Of a stretch of 64,000 nt of DNA, positions 1 to 21,000 are shown in pieces. Origin of the DNA: Eledone cirrhosa (Eukaryota); assembly GCA_964016885.1 (NCBI GenBank), contig OZ024740.1, forward strand, positions 255,750,001 through 255,814,000. The letters run 5' to 3'. Numbering within the stretch: position 1 is the first letter of the stretch; the number at the start of each line of letters is the position of its first letter. The notes below the pieces were generated by a model. The model was not told the origin of the DNA, searched no databases, and saw only the letters and a list, made by a program, of their open reading frames with translations. Position numbers and translations under genes: made by a program.

Positions 1-3000
1 TTAACACATGTACATAGACATACATTAACACTTGGACATAGACATACATTAACACATGGAGATAGATATACATGAACACATAGACATACATATACATTAA
101 CACACAGACATAGACATACATTAACACATGGACATAGACATACATTAACACATGGACACAGACATACATTAACACATGGACATAGACATACATTAACACA
201 TGGACACAGACATACATTAACACATAGACATAGACATACATTAACACATGTACATAGACATATATTAACACATGTACATAGACATACATTAACACATGGA
301 CATAGACACACATTAACACATGGACATAGATATACATTAACACATGGACACAGACATACATTGACACATGGACATAGATATACATTAACACATGTACATA
401 GACATACATTAACACATGGACATAGACATACATTAACACATGTACATAGACATACATTAATACATGGACGTAGAGATACATTAACACATGGACACAGACA
501 TACATTAACACATGGACATTGACATACATTAACACATGGACATAGATATACATTAACACATGGACATACAAATACATTAACACATGGATATAGACATACA
601 TTAACACATGGAAACAGACATACATTAACACATGGACATAGACATACATTAACACATGGACATAGACATACATTAACACATGGACATAGACATAGATTAA
701 CACATGGACACAGACATACATTAACACATGGACACAGACATACATTAACAAATGGACATAGACATACATTAACACATGGACACAGTCATACACTAACACA
801 TAGACATTGACATACATTAACACATGTACATAGATATACATTAACACATAGACATAGATATACATTAACACATGGACATAGACATACATTAACACATGGA
901 CATTGACATAGATTAACACATGGACACAGACATACATTAACACATGGACACAGACATACATTAAAAAATGGACATAGACATACATTAACACATGGACACA
1001 GTCATACACTAACACATAGACATTGACATACATTAACCCATGTACATAGATATACATTAACACATAGACATAGACATACATTAACACATGGACATAGAGA
1101 TACATTAACACATGGACATAGACATACATTAATACATGTAGATAGACATACATTAACACATGTACATAGACATGCATTAACACATGGACATAGACATACA
1201 TTAACATATGTACATAGACATACATTAACACATGGACATAGACATACGTTAACACATGGACATAGAAATACATTAACACATGGGCATAGACATACATTAA
1301 CACATTGACATAGAGATACATTAACACATGGACATAGATATACATTAATACATGTAGATAGACATACAGTAACACATGTACATAGACATGCATTAACACA
1401 TGGAAATAGATATACATTAACACATGGACATAGACATACATTAACACATGAACATAGACATACATTAATACATGTACATAGACATACATTAACACATGGA
1501 CATAGATATACACTGACACATTGACATAGACATACATTAACACATGTACATAGATATACATTAACACATAGACATAGATATACATTAACACATAGACATA
1601 TATATAAATTAACACATGTACATAGATATACATTAAAACATGGACATAGACATAAATTAACACATGGACATAGACATACATTAACACATGGACATAGATA
1701 TACATTAACACATGTACATAGACATACATTAACACATGGACATGGACATACATTAACACATGGAGATAGATATACATGAACACATAGACATACATATACA
1801 TTAACACACAGACATAGACATACATTAACACATGGACATAGACATACATTAACACATGGACACAGACATACATTAACACATGGACATAGACATACATTAA
1901 CACATGGACACAGACATACATTAACACATGTACATAGACATACATTAACACATGTACATAGACATATATTAACACATGTACATAGACATACATTAACACA
2001 TGGACATAGACACACATTAACACATGGACATAGATATACATTAACACATGGACACAGACATATATTGACACATGGACATAGATATACATTAACACATGTA
2101 CATAGACATACATTAACACATGGACATAGACATACATTAACACATGTACATAGATATATATTAATACATGGACGTAGAGATACATTAACACATGGACACA
2201 GACATACATTAACACATCGACATAGATATACATTAACAAATGGACATAGACATACATTAACACATGGACATAGAGATACATTACCACATGGACACAGACA
2301 TACATTAACACATGGACATTGACATACATTAACACATGGACATAGATATACATTAACACATGGACATACATATACATTAACACATGGACATAGACATACA
2401 TTAACACATGGAAACAGACATACATTAACACATGGACATAGACATACATTAACACATGGACATAGACATACATTAACACATGGACATAGGCATAGATTAA
2501 CACATGGACACAGACATACATTAACACATGGACACAGACATACATTAACAAATGGACATAGACATACATTAACACATGGAGACAGTCATACACTAACACA
2601 TAGACATTGACATACATTAACACATGTACATAGATATACATTAACACATAGACATAGATATACATTAACACATGGACATAGACATACATTAACACATGTA
2701 CATAGACATACATTAACACATAAACATACATATACATTAACACATGGACACAGACATACATTAACACATGGACATAGACATACATTAACAAATGTACATA
2801 GAGATACATTAATACGTGGACATAGACATACATTAACACATGTACATAGACATACATTAACACATGTACATAGACATATATTAACACATGTACATGGATA
2901 TAATTTAACACATGTACATAGACATACATTAACAAATGGACACAGACATACATTAACACATGGACACAGACATACATTAACACATGGACATAGACATACA

Positions 3001-6000
3001 TTAACACATGGACATAGACATACATTAACAGATGTACATAGACATACATTAACACATGGACACAGTCATACACTAACACATGGACATTGACATACGTTAA
3101 CACATGGATATAGATATACATTAACACATGGACATAGACATACATTAACACATGGACATGGACATACATTAACACATGGAGATAGATATACATGAACACA
3201 TAGACATACATATACATTAACACACAGACATAGACATACATTAACACATGGACATAGACATACATTAACACATGGACACAGACATACATTAACACATGGA
3301 CATAGACATACATTAACACATGGACACAGACATACATTAACACATGTACATAGACATACATTAACACATGTACATAGACATATATTAACACATGTACATA
3401 GACATACATTAACACATGGACATAGACACACATTAACACATGGACATAGATATACATTAACACATGGACACAGACATATATTGACACATGGACATAGATA
3501 TACATTAACACATGTACATAGACATACATTAACACATGGACATAGACATACATTAACACATGTACATAGATATATATTAATACATGGACGTAGAGATACA
3601 TTAACACATGGACACAGACATACATTAACACATGGACATAGATATACATTAACAAATGGACATAGACATACATTAACACATGGACATAGAGATACATTAC
3701 TACATGGACACAGACATACATTAACACATGGACATTGACATACATTAACACATGGACATAGATATACATTAACACATGGACATACATATACATTAACACA
3801 TGGACATAGACATACATTAACACATGGAAACAGACATACATTAACACATGGACATAGACATACATTAACACATGGACATAGACATACATTAACACATGGA
3901 CATAGGCATAGATTAACACATGGACACAGACATACATTAACACATGGACACAGACATACATTAACAAATGGACATAGACATACATTAACACATGGACACA
4001 GTCATACACTAACACATAGACATTGACATACATTAACACATGTACATAGATATACATTAACACATAGACATAGATATACATTAACACATGGACATAGACA
4101 TACATTAACACATGTACATAGACATACATTAACACATAAACATACATATACATTAACACATGGACACAGACATACATTAACACATGGACATAGACATACA
4201 TTAACAAATGTACATAGAGATACATTAATACGTGGACATAGACATACATTAACACATGTACATAGACATACATTAACACATGTACATAGACATATATTAA
4301 CACATGTACATGGATATAATTTAACACATGTACATAGACATACATTAACACATGGACACAGACATACATTAACACATGGACACGGACATACATTAACACA
4401 TGGACATAGACATACATTAACACATGGACATAGACATACATTAACAGATGTACATAGACATACATTAACACATGGACACAGTCATACACTAACACATGGA
4501 CATTGACATACGTTAACACATGGATATAGATATACATTAACACATGGACATAGACATACATTAACACATGGACATGGACATACATTAACACATGGAGATA
4601 GATATACATGAACACATAGACATACATATACATTAACACACAGACATAGACATACATTAACACATGGACATAGACATACATTAACACATGGACACAGACA
4701 TACATTAACACATGGACATAGACATACATTAACACATGGACACAGACATACATTAACACATGTACATAGACATACATTAACACATGTACATAGACATATA
4801 TTAACACATGTACATAGACATACATTAACACATGGACATAGACACACATTAACACATGGAGATAGATATACATTAACACATGGACACAGACATATATTGA
4901 CACATGGACATAGATATACATTAACACATGTACATAGACATACATTAACACATGGACATAGACATACATTAACACATGTACATAGATATATATTAATACA
5001 TGGACGTAGAGATACATTAACACATGGACACAGACATACATTAACACATGGACATAGATATACATTAACAAATGGACATAGACATACATTAACACATGGA
5101 CATAGAGATACATTACCACATGGACACAGACATACATTAACACATGGACATTGACATACATTAACACATGGACATAGATATACATTAACACATGGACATA
5201 CATATACATTAACACATGGACATAGACATACATTAACACATGGAAACAGACATACATTAACACATGGACATAGACATACATTAACACATGGACATAGACA
5301 TACATTAACACATGGACATAGGCATAGATTAACACATGGACACAGACATACATTAACACATGGACACAGACATACATTAACAAATGGACATAGACATACA
5401 TTAACACATGTACATAGATATACATTAACACATAGACATAGATATACATTAACACATGGACATAGACATACTAACACATGTACATAGACATACATTAACA
5501 CATAGACATACATATACATTAACACATGTACATAGATATGCATTAACACATAGACATAGATATACATTAATACATGGACATAGACATACATTAACACATG
5601 TACATAGATATATATTAACACATGGACATAGACATACATTAACACATGTACATAGATATACATTACCACATAGACATACATATACATTAACCCCTGTACA
5701 TAGATATGAATTAACACATAGACATAAATATACATTAACACATGGACATAGACATACATTAACACATGGAGATAGATATACATGAACACATAGACATACA
5801 TATACATTAACACATGTACATAGATATACATTAACACATGGACATAGACATACATTAACACATGGACATAGACATACATTTACACATGGACATAGACATA
5901 CATTAACACATGGAGATAGATATACATGAACACATAGACATACATATACATTAACACATGTACATAGATATACATTAACACATAGACATAGATATACATT

Positions 6001-9000
6001 AACACATAGACATATATATACATTAACACATGTACATAGATATACATTAAAACATGGACATAGACATACATTAACACATGGACATAGACATACATTAACA
6101 CATGGACACAGACATACATTAACACATGGACATAGACATACATTAACACATGGACACAGACATACATTAACACATAGACATAGACATACATTAACACTTG
6201 GAGATAGATATACATGAACACATGGGCATAGATATACATTAACACATGTACATAGACATACATTAACACTTGGACATAGACATACATTAACACATGGAGA
6301 TAGATATACATGAACACATAGACATACATATACATTAACACACAGACATAGACATACATTAACACATGGACATAGACATACATTAACACATGGACACAGA
6401 CATACATTAACACATGGACATAGACATACATTAACACATGGACACAGACATACATTAACACATAGACATAGACATACATTAACACATGTACATAGACATA
6501 TATTAACACATGTACATAGACATACATTAACACATGGACATAGACACACATTAACACATGGACATAGATATACATTAACACATGGACACAGACATACATT
6601 GACACATGGACATAGATATACATTAACACATGTACATAGACATACATTAACACATGGACATAGACATACATTAACACATGTACATAGACATACATTAATA
6701 CATGGACGTAGAGATACATTAACACATGGACACAGACATACATTAACACATGGACATTGACATACATTAACACATGGACATAGATATACATTAACACATG
6801 GACATACAAATACATTAACACATGGATATAGACATACATTAACACATGGAAACAGACATACATTAACACATGGACATAGACATACATTAACACATGGACA
6901 TAGACATACATTAACACATGGACATAGACATAGATTAACACATGGACACAGACATACATTAACACATGGACACAGACATACATTAACAAATGGACATAGA
7001 CATACATTAACACATGGACACAGTCATACACTAACACATAGACATTGACATACATTAACACATGTACATAGATATACATTAACACATAGACATAGATATA
7101 CATTAACACATGGACATAGACATACATTAACACATGGACATTGACATAGATTAACACATGGACACAGACATACATTAACACATGGACACAGACATACATT
7201 AAAAAATGGACATAGACATACATTAACACATGGACACAGTCATACACTAACACATAGACATTGACATACATTAACCCATGTACATAGATATACATTAACA
7301 CATAGACATAGACATACATTAACACATGGACATAGAGATACATTAACACATGGACATAGACATACATTAATACATGTAGATAGACATACATTAACACATG
7401 TACATAGACATGCATTAACACATGGACATAGACATACATTAACATATGTACATAGACATACATTAACACATGGACATAGACATACGTTAACACATGGACA
7501 TAGAAATACATTAACACATGGGCATAGACATACATTAACACATTGACATAGAGATACATTAACACATGGACATAGATATACATTAATACATGTAGATAGA
7601 CATACAGTAACACATGTACATAGACATGCATTAACACATGGAAATAGATATACATTAACACATGGACATAGACATACATTAACACATGAACATAGACATA
7701 CATTAATACATGTACATAGACATACATTAACACATGGACATAGATATACACTGACACATTGACATAGACATACATTAACACATGTACATAGATATACATT
7801 AACACATAGACATAGATATACATTAACACATAGACATATATATAAATTAACACATGTACATAGATATACATTAAAACATGGACATAGACATAAATTAACA
7901 CATGGACATAGACATACATTAACACATGGACATAGATATACATTAACACATGTACATAGACATACATTAACACATGGACATGGACATACATTAACACATG
8001 GAGATAGATATACATGAACACATAGACATACATATACATTAACACACAGACATAGACATACATTAACACATGGACATAGACATACATTAACACATGGACA
8101 CAGACATACATTAACACATGGACATAGACATACATTAACACATGGACACAGACATACATTAACACATGTACATAGACATACATTAACACATGTACATAGA
8201 CATATATTAACACATGTACATAGACATACATTAACACATGGACATAGACACACATTAACACATGGACATAGATATACATTAACACATGGACACAGACATA
8301 TATTGACACATGGACATAGATATACATTAACACATGTACATAGACATACATTAACACATGGACATAGACATACATTAACACATGTACATAGATATATATT
8401 AATACATGGACGTAGAGATACATTAACACATGGACACAGACATACATTAACACATCGACATAGATATACATTAACAAATGGACATAGACATACATTAACA
8501 CATGGACATAGAGATACATTACCACATGGACACAGACATACATTAACACATGGACATTGACATACATTAACACATGGACATAGATATACATTAACACATG
8601 GACATACATATACATTAACACATGGACATAGACATACATTAACACATGGAAACAGACATACATTAACACATGGACATAGACATACATTAACACATGGACA
8701 TAGACATACATTAACACATGGACATAGGCATAGATTAACACATGGACACAGACATACATTAACACATGGACACAGACATACATTAACAAATGGACATAGA
8801 CATACATTAACACATGGAGACAGTCATACACTAACACATAGACATTGACATACATTAACACATGTACATAGATATACATTAACACATAGACATAGATATA
8901 CATTAACACATGGACATAGACATACATTAACACATGTACATAGACATACATTAACACATAAACATACATATACATTAACACATGGACACAGACATACATT

Positions 9001-12000
9001 AACACATGGACATAGACATACATTAACAAATGTACATAGAGATACATTAATACGTGGACATAGACATACATTAACACATGTACATAGACATACATTAACA
9101 CATGTACATAGACATATATTAACACATGTACATGGATATAATTTAACACATGTACATAGACATACATTAACAAATGGACACAGACATACATTAACACATG
9201 GACACAGACATACATTAACACATGGACATAGACATACATTAACACATGGACATAGACATACATTAACAGATGTACATAGACATACATTAACACATGGACA
9301 CAGTCATACACTAACACATGGACATTGACATACGTTAACACATGGATATAGATATACATTAACACATGGACATAGACATACATTAACACATGGACATGGA
9401 CATACATTAACACATGGAGATAGATATACATGAACACATAGACATACATATACATTAACACACAGACATAGACATACATTAACACATGGACATAGACATA
9501 CATTAACACATGGACACAGACATACATTAACACATGGACATAGACATACATTAACACATGGACACAGACATACATTAACACATGTACATAGACATACATT
9601 AACACATGTACATAGACATATATTAACACATGTACATAGACATACATTAACACATGGACATAGACACACATTAACACATGGACATAGATATACATTAACA
9701 CATGGACACAGACATATATTGACACATGGACATAGATATACATTAACACATGTACATAGACATACATTAACACATGGACATAGACATACATTAACACATG
9801 TACATAGATATATATTAATACATGGACGTAGAGATACATTAACACATGGACACAGACATACATTAACACATGGACATAGATATACATTAACAAATGGACA
9901 TAGACATACATTAACACATGGACATAGAGATACATTACTACATGGACACAGACATACATTAACACATGGACATTGACATACATTAACACATGGACATAGA
10001 TATACATTAACACATGGACATACATATACATTAACACATGGACATAGACATACATTAACACATGGAAACAGACATACATTAACACATGGACATAGACATA
10101 CATTAACACATGGAAACAGACATACATTAACACATGGACATTGACATACATTAACACATGGACATAGATATACATTAACACATGGACATACATATACATT
10201 AACACATGGACATAGACATACATTAACACATGGAAACAGACATACATTAACACATAGACATAGATATACATTAACACATGGACATAGACATACTAACACA
10301 TGTACATAGACATACATTAACACATAGACATACATATACATTAACACATGTACATAGATATGCATTAACACATAGACATAGATATACATTAATACATGGA
10401 CATAGACATACATTAACACATGTACATAGATATATATTAACACATGGACATAGACATACATTAACACATGTACATAGATATACATTACCACATAGACATA
10501 CATATACATTAACCCCTGTACATAGATATGAATTAACACATAGACATAAATATACATTAACACATGGACATAGACATACATTAACACATGGAGATAGATA
10601 TACATGAACACATAGACATACATATACATTAACACATGTACATAGATATACATTAACACATGGACATAGACATACATTAACACATGGACATAGACATACA
10701 TTTACACATGGACATAGACATACATTAACACATGGAGATAGATATACATGAACACATAGACATACATATACATTAACACATGTACGTAGATATACATTAA
10801 CACATAGACATAGATATACATTAACACATAGACATATATATACATTAACACATGTACATAGATATACATTAAAACATGGACATAGACATACATTAACACA
10901 TGGACATAGACATACATTAACACATGGACACAGACATACATTAACACATGGACATAGACATACATTAACACATGGACACAGACATACATTAACACATAGA
11001 CATAGACATACATTAACACTTGGAGATAGATATACATGAACACATGGGCATAGATATACATTAACACATGTACATAGACATACATTAACACTTAGACATA
11101 GACATACATTAACACATGGAGATAGATATACATGAACACATAGACATACATATACATTAACACACAGACATAGACATACATTAACACATGGACATAGACA
11201 TACATTAACACATGGACACAGACATACATTAACACATGGACATAGACATACATTAACACATGGACACAGACATACATTAACACATAGACATAGACATACA
11301 TTAACACATGTACATAGACATATATTAACACATGTACATAGACATACATTAACACATGGACATAGACACACATTAACACATGGACATAGATATACATTAA
11401 CACATGGACACAGACATACATTGACACATGGACATAGATATACATTAACACATGTACATAGACATACATTAACACATGGACATAGACATACATTAACACA
11501 TGTACATAGACATACATTAATACATGGACGTAGAGATACATTAACACATGGACACAGACATACATTAACACATGGACATTGACATACATTAACACATGGA
11601 CATAGATATACATTAACACATGGACATACAAATACATTAACACATGGATATAGACATACATTAACACATGGAAACAGACATACATTAACACATGGACATA
11701 GACATACATTAACACATGGACATAGACATACATTAACACATGGACATAGACATAGATTAACACATGGACACAGACATACATTAACACATGGACACAGACA
11801 TACATTAACAAATGGACATAGACATACATTAACACATGGACACAGTCATACACTAACACATAGACATTGACATACATTAACACATGTACATAGATATACA
11901 TTAACACATAGACATAGATATACATTAACACATGGACATAGACATACATTAACACATGGACATAGACATAGATTAACACATGGACACAGACATACATTAA

Positions 12001-15000
12001 CACATGGACACAGACATACATTAAAAAATGGACATAGACATACATTAACACATGGACACAGTCATACACTAACACATAGACATTGACATACATTAACCCA
12101 TGTACATAGATATACATTAACACATAGACATAGACATACATTAACACATGGACATAGAGATACATTAACACATGGACATAGACATACATTAATACATGTA
12201 GATGGACATACATTAACACATGTACATAGACATGCATTAACACATGGACATAGACATACATTAACATATGTACATAGACATACATTAACACATGGACATA
12301 GACATACGTTAACACATGGACATAGAAATACATTAACACATGGGCATAGACATACATTAACACATTGACATAGAGATACATTAAACATGGACATAGATAT
12401 ACATTAATACATGTAGATAGACATACATTAACACATGTACATAGACATGCATTAACACATGGAAATAGATATACATTAACACATGGACATAGACATACAT
12501 TAACACATGAACATAGACATACATTAATACATGTACATAGACATACATTAACACATGGACATAGATATACACTGACACATTGACATAGACATACATTAAC
12601 ACATGTACATAGATATACATTAACACATAGACATAGATATACATTAACACATAGACATATATATAAATTAACACATGTACATAGATATACATTAAAACAT
12701 GGACATATACATAAATTAACACATGGACATAGACATACATTAACACATGGACATAGATATACATTAACACATGTACATAGACATACATTAACACATGGAC
12801 ATGGACATACATTAACACATGGAGATAGATATACATGAACACATAGACATACATATACATTAACACACAGACATAGACATACATTAACACATGGACATAG
12901 ACATACATTAACACATGGACACAGACATACATTAACACATGGACATAGACATACATTAACACATGGACACAGACATACATTAACACATGTACATAGACAT
13001 ACATTAACACATGTACATAGACATATATTAACACATGTACATAGACATACATTAACACATGGACATAGACACACATTAACACATGGACATAGATATACAT
13101 TAACACATGGACACAGACATATATTGACACATGGACATAGATATACATTAACACATGTACATAGACATACATTAACACATGGACATAGACATACATTAAC
13201 ACATGTACATAGATATATATTAATACATGGACGTAGAGATACATTAACACATGGACACAGACATACATTAACACATCGACATAGATATACATTAACAAAT
13301 GGACATAGACATACATTAACACATGGACATAGAGATACATTACCACATGGACACAGACATACATTAACACATGGACATTGACATACATTAACACATGGAC
13401 ATAGATATACATTAACACATGGACATACATATACATTAACACATGGACATAGACATACATTAACACATGGAAACAGACATACATTAACACATGGACATAG
13501 ACATACATTAACACATGGACATAGACATACATTAACACATGGACATAGGCATAGATTAACACATGGACACAGACATACATTAACACATGGACACAGACAT
13601 ACATTAACAAATGGACATAGACATACATTAACACATGGACACAGTCATACACTAACACATAGACATTGACATACATTAACACATGTACATAGATATACAT
13701 TAACACATAGACATAGATATACATTAACACATGGACATAGACATACATTAACACATGTACATAGACATACATTAACACATAAACATACATATACATTAAC
13801 ACATGGACACAGACATACATTAACACATGGACATAGACATACATTAACAAATGTACATAGAGATACATTAATACGTGGACATAGACATACATTAACACAT
13901 GTACATAGACATACATTAACACATGTACATAGACATATATTAACACATGTACATGGATATAATTTAACACATGTACATAGACATACATTAACACATGGAC
14001 ACAGACATACATTAACACATGGACACGGACATACATTAACACATGGACATAGACATACATTAACACATGGACATAGACATACATTAACAGATGTACATAG
14101 ACATACATTAACACATGGACACAGTCATACACTAACACATGGACATTGACATACGTTAACACATGGATATAGATATACATTAACACATGGACATAGACAT
14201 ACATTAACACATGGACATGGACATACATTAACACATGGAGATAGATATACATGAACACATAGACATACATATACATTAACACACAGACATAGACATACAT
14301 TAACACATGGACATAGACATACATTAACACATGGACACAGACATACATTAACACATGGACATAGACATACATTAACACATGGACACAGACATACATTAAC
14401 ACATGTACATAGACATACATTAACACATGTACATAGACATATATTAACACATGTACATAGACATACATTAACACATGGACATAGACACACATTAACACAT
14501 GGAGATAGATATACATTAACACATGGACACAGACATATATTGACACATGGACATAGATATACATTAACACATGTACATAGACATACATTAACACATGGAC
14601 ATAGACATACATTAACACATGTACATAGATATATATTAATACATGGACGTAGAGATACATTAACACATGGACACAGACATACATTAACACATGGACATAG
14701 ATATACATTAACAAATGGACATAGACATACATTAACACATGGACATAGAGATACATTACCACATGGACACAGACATACATTAACACATGGACATTGACAT
14801 ACATTAACACATGGACATAGATATACATTAACACATGGACATACATATACATTAACACATGGACATAGACATACATTAACACATGGAAACAGACATACAT
14901 TAACACATGGACATAGACATACATTAACACATGGACATAGACATACATTAACACATGGACATAGGCATAGATTAACACATGGACACAGACATACATTAAC

Positions 15001-18000
15001 ACATGGACACAGACATACATTAACAAATGGACATAGACATACATTAACACATGGACACAGTCATACACTAACACATAGACATTGACATACATTAACACAT
15101 GTACATAGATATACATTAACACATAGACATAGATATACATTAACACATGGACATAGACATACATTAACACATGTACATAGACATACATTAACACATAAAC
15201 ATACATATACATTAACACATGGACACAGACATACATTAACACATGGACATAGACATACATTAACAAATGTACATAGAGATACATTAATACGTGGACATAG
15301 ACATACATTAACACATGTACATAGACATACATTAACACATGTACATAGACATATATTAACACATGTACATGGATATAATTTAACACATGTACATAGACAT
15401 ACATTAACACATGGACACAGACATACATTAACACATGGACACAGACATACATTAACACATGGACATAGACATACATTAACACATGGACATAGACATACAT
15501 TAACAGATGTACATAGACATACATTAACACATGGACACAGTCATACACTAACACATGGACATTGACATACGTTAACACATGGATATAGATATACATTAAC
15601 ACATGGACATACATATACATTAACACATGGACATAGACATACATTAACACATGGACATAGATATACACTAACACATTAACATAGACATACATTAACACAT
15701 GTACATAGATATACATTAACACATAGACATAGATATACATTAACACATGAACATAGACATACATTAACACATGTACATAGACATACATTAACACATGGAC
15801 ATAGATATACACTGACACATTGACATAGACATACATTAACACATGTACATAGATATACATTAACACATAGACATAGATATACATTAACACATGGACATAG
15901 ACATACATTAACACATGTACATAGACATACATTAACACATAGACATACATATACATTAACACATGTACATAGATATGCATTAACACATAGACATAGATAT
16001 ACATTAACACATGGACATAGATATACATTAACACATGGACATAGACATACATTAACACATGGACATAGAGATACATTCCCACATGGACACAGACATACAT
16101 TAACACATGGACATTGACATACATTAACACATGGACATAGATATACATTAACACATGGACATACATATACATTAACACATGGACATAGACATACATTAAC
16201 ACATGGAAACAGACATACATTAACACATGGACATAGACATACATTAACACATGGACATAGACATACATTAACACATGGACATAGACATAGATTAACACAT
16301 GGACACAGACATACATTAACACATGGACACAGACATACATTAACAAATGGACATAGACATACATTACCACATGGACACAGTCATACACTAACACATAGAC
16401 ATTGACATACATTAACACATGTACATTGATATACATTAACACATAGACATAGATATACATTAACACATGGACATAGACATACATTAACACGTGTACATAG
16501 ACATACATTAACACATAAACATACATATACATTAACACATGGACACAGACATACATTAACACATGGACATAGACATACATTAACAAATGTACATAGAGAT
16601 ACATTAATACGTGGACATAGACATACATTAACACATGTACATAGACATACATTAACACATGTACATAGACATATATTAACACATGTACATAGATATAATT
16701 TAACACATGTACATAGACATACATTAACACATGGACACAGACATACATTAACACATGGACACAGACATACATTAACACATGGACATAGACATACATTAAC
16801 ACATGGACATAGACATACATTAACAGATGTACATAGACATACATTAACACATGGACACAGTCATACACTAACACATGGACATTGACATACGTTAACACAT
16901 GGATATAGATATACATTAACACATGGACATACATATACATTAACACATGGACATAGACATACATTAACACATGGACATAGATATACACTAACACATTAAC
17001 ATAGACATACATTAACACATGTACATAGATATACATTAACACATAGACATAGATATACATTAACACATGAACATAGACATACATTAACACATGTACATAG
17101 ACATACATTAACACATGGACATAGATATACACTGACACATTGACATAGACATACATTAACACATGTACATAGATATACATTAACACATAGACATAGATAT
17201 ACATTAACACATGGACATAGACATACATTAACACATGTACATAGACATACATTAACACATAGACATACATATACATTAACACATGTACATAGATATGCAT
17301 TAACACATAGACATAGATATACATTAATACATGGACATAGACATACATTAACACATGTACATAGATATATATTAACACATGGACATAGACATACATTAAC
17401 ACATGTACATAGACATACATTAATACATGGACGTAGAGATACATTAACACATGGACACAGACATACATTAACACATGGACATTGACATACATTAACACAT
17501 GGACATAGATATACATTAACACATGGACATACAAATACATTAACACATGGATATAGACATACATTAACACATGGAAACAGACATACATTAACACATGGAC
17601 ATAGACATACATTAACACATGGACATAGACATACACTAACACATGGACATAGACATACATTAACACATGTACATAGATATACATTAACACATAGACATAG
17701 ATATACATTAACACATGGACATAGACATACATTAACACATGGGCATAGACATAGATTAACACATGGACACAGACATACATTAACACATGGACACAGACAT
17801 ACATTAAAAAATGGACATAGACATACATTAACACATGGACACAGTCATACACTAACACATAGACACAGTCATACACTAACACATAGACATTGACATACAT
17901 TAACACATGTACATAGATATACATTAACATATAGACATAGACATACATTAACACATGGACATAGAGATACATTAACACATGGACATAGACATACATTAAT

Positions 18001-21000
18001 ACATGTAGATAGACATACATTAACACATGTACATAGACATGCATTAACACATGGACATAGACATACATTAACATATGTACATAGACATACATTAACACAT
18101 GGACACAGACATACATTAACACATGGACATAGACATACATTAACACATGGACATAGAAATACATTAACACATGGGCATAAACATACATTAACACATGGAC
18201 ATAGAGATACATTAACACATGGACATAGATATACATTAATACATGTAGATAGACATACATTAACACATGTACATAGACATGCATTAACACAAGGACATAG
18301 ATATACATTAACACATGGACATAGACATACATTAACACATGAACATAGACATACATTAACACATGTACATAGACATACATTAACACATGGACATAGATAT
18401 ACACTGACACATTGACATAGACATACATTAACACATGTACATAGATATACATTAACACATAGACATAGATATACATTAACACATAGACATATATATAAAT
18501 TAACACATATACATAGATATACATTAAAACATGGACATAGACATAAATTAACACATGGACATAGACATACATTAACACATGGACATAGATATACATTAAC
18601 ACATGTACATAGACATACATTAACACATGGACATGGACATACATTAACACATGGAGATAGATATACATGAACACATAGACATACATATACATTAACACAC
18701 AGACATAGACATACATTAACACATGGACATAGACATACATTAACACATGGACACAGACATACATTAACACATGGACATAGACATACATTAACACATGGAC
18801 ACAGACATACATTAACACATGTACATAGACATACATTAACACATGTACATAGACATATATTAACACATGTACATAGACATACATTAACACATGGACATAG
18901 ACACACATTAACACATGGACATAGATATACATTAACACATGGACACAGACATATATTGACACATGGACATAGATATACATTAACACATGTACATAGACAT
19001 ACATTAACACATGGACATAGACATACATTAACACATGTACATAGATATATATTAATACATGGACGTAGAGATACATTAACACATGGACACAGACATACAT
19101 TAACACATGGACATAGATATACATTAACACATGGACATAGACATACATTAACACATGGACATAGATATACATTACCACATGGACACAGACATACATTAAC
19201 ACATGGACATTGACATATATTAACACATGGACATAGATATACATTAACACATGGACATACATATACATTAACACCTGGACATAGACATACATTAACACAT
19301 GGAAACAGACATACATTAACACATGGACATAGGCATAGATTAACACATGGACACAGACATACATTAACACATGGACACAGACATACATTAACAAATGGAC
19401 ATAGACATACATTAACACATGGACACAGTCATACACTAACACATAGACATTGACATACATTAACACATGTACATAGATATACATTAACACATAGACATAG
19501 ATATACATTAACACATGGACATAGACATACATTAACACATGTACATAGACATACATTAACACATAAACATACATATACATTAACACATGGACACAGACAT
19601 ACATTAACACATGGACATAGACATACATTAACAAATGTACATAGAGATACATTAATACGTGGACATAGACATACATTAACACATGTACATTGACATACAT
19701 TAACACATGTACATATACATATATTAACACATGTACATGGATATAATTTAACACATGTACATAGACATACATTAACACATGGACACAGACATACATTAAC
19801 ACATGGACACAGACATACATTAACACATGGACATAGACATACATTAACACATGGACATAGACATACATTAACAGATGTACATAGACATACATTAACACAT
19901 GGACACAGTCATACACTAACACATGGACATTGACATACGTTAACACATGGATATAAATATACATTAACACATGGACATACATATACATTAACACATGGAC
20001 ATAGACATACATTAACACATGGACATAGATATACACTAACACATTAACATAGACATACATTAACACATGTACATAGATATACATTAACACATAGACATAG
20101 ATATACATTAACACATGAACATAGACATACATTAACACATGTACATAGACATACATTAACACATGGACATAGATATACACTGACACATTGACATAGACAT
20201 ACATTAACACATGTACATAGATATACATTAACACATAGACATAGATATACATTAACACATGGACATAGACATACTAACACATGTACATAGACATACATTA
20301 ACACATAGACATACATATACATTAACACATGTACATAGATATGCATTAACACATAGACATAGATATACATTAATACATGGACATAGACATACATTAACAT
20401 ATGTACATAGACATACATTAACACATGGACACAGACATACATTAACACATGGACATAGACATACATTAACACATGGACATAGAAATACATTAACACATGG
20501 GCATAAACATACATTAACACATGGACATAGAGATACATTAACACATGGACATAGATATACATTAATACATGTAGATAGACATACATTAACACATGTACAT
20601 AGACATGCATTAACACATGGACATAGATATACATTAACACATGGACATAGACATACATTAACACATGAACATAGACATACATTAACACATGTACATAGAC
20701 ATACATTAACACATGGACATAGATATACACTGACACATTGACATAGACATACATTAACACATGTACATAGATATACATTAACACATAGACATAGATATAC
20801 ATTAACACATAGACATATATATAAATTAACACATGTACATAGATATACATTAAAACATGGACATAGACATAAATTAACACATGGACATAGACATACATTA
20901 ACACATGGACATAGATATACATTAACACATGTACATAGACATACATTAACACATGGACATGGACATACATTAACACATGGAGATAGATATACATGAACAC

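Noticed and set aside
12381-12390. 23-bp monomer (TTAAACATGG)
   Set aside because: A singleton; the paralogous position at 7559 is intact, so it is a likely consensus error or private deletion.
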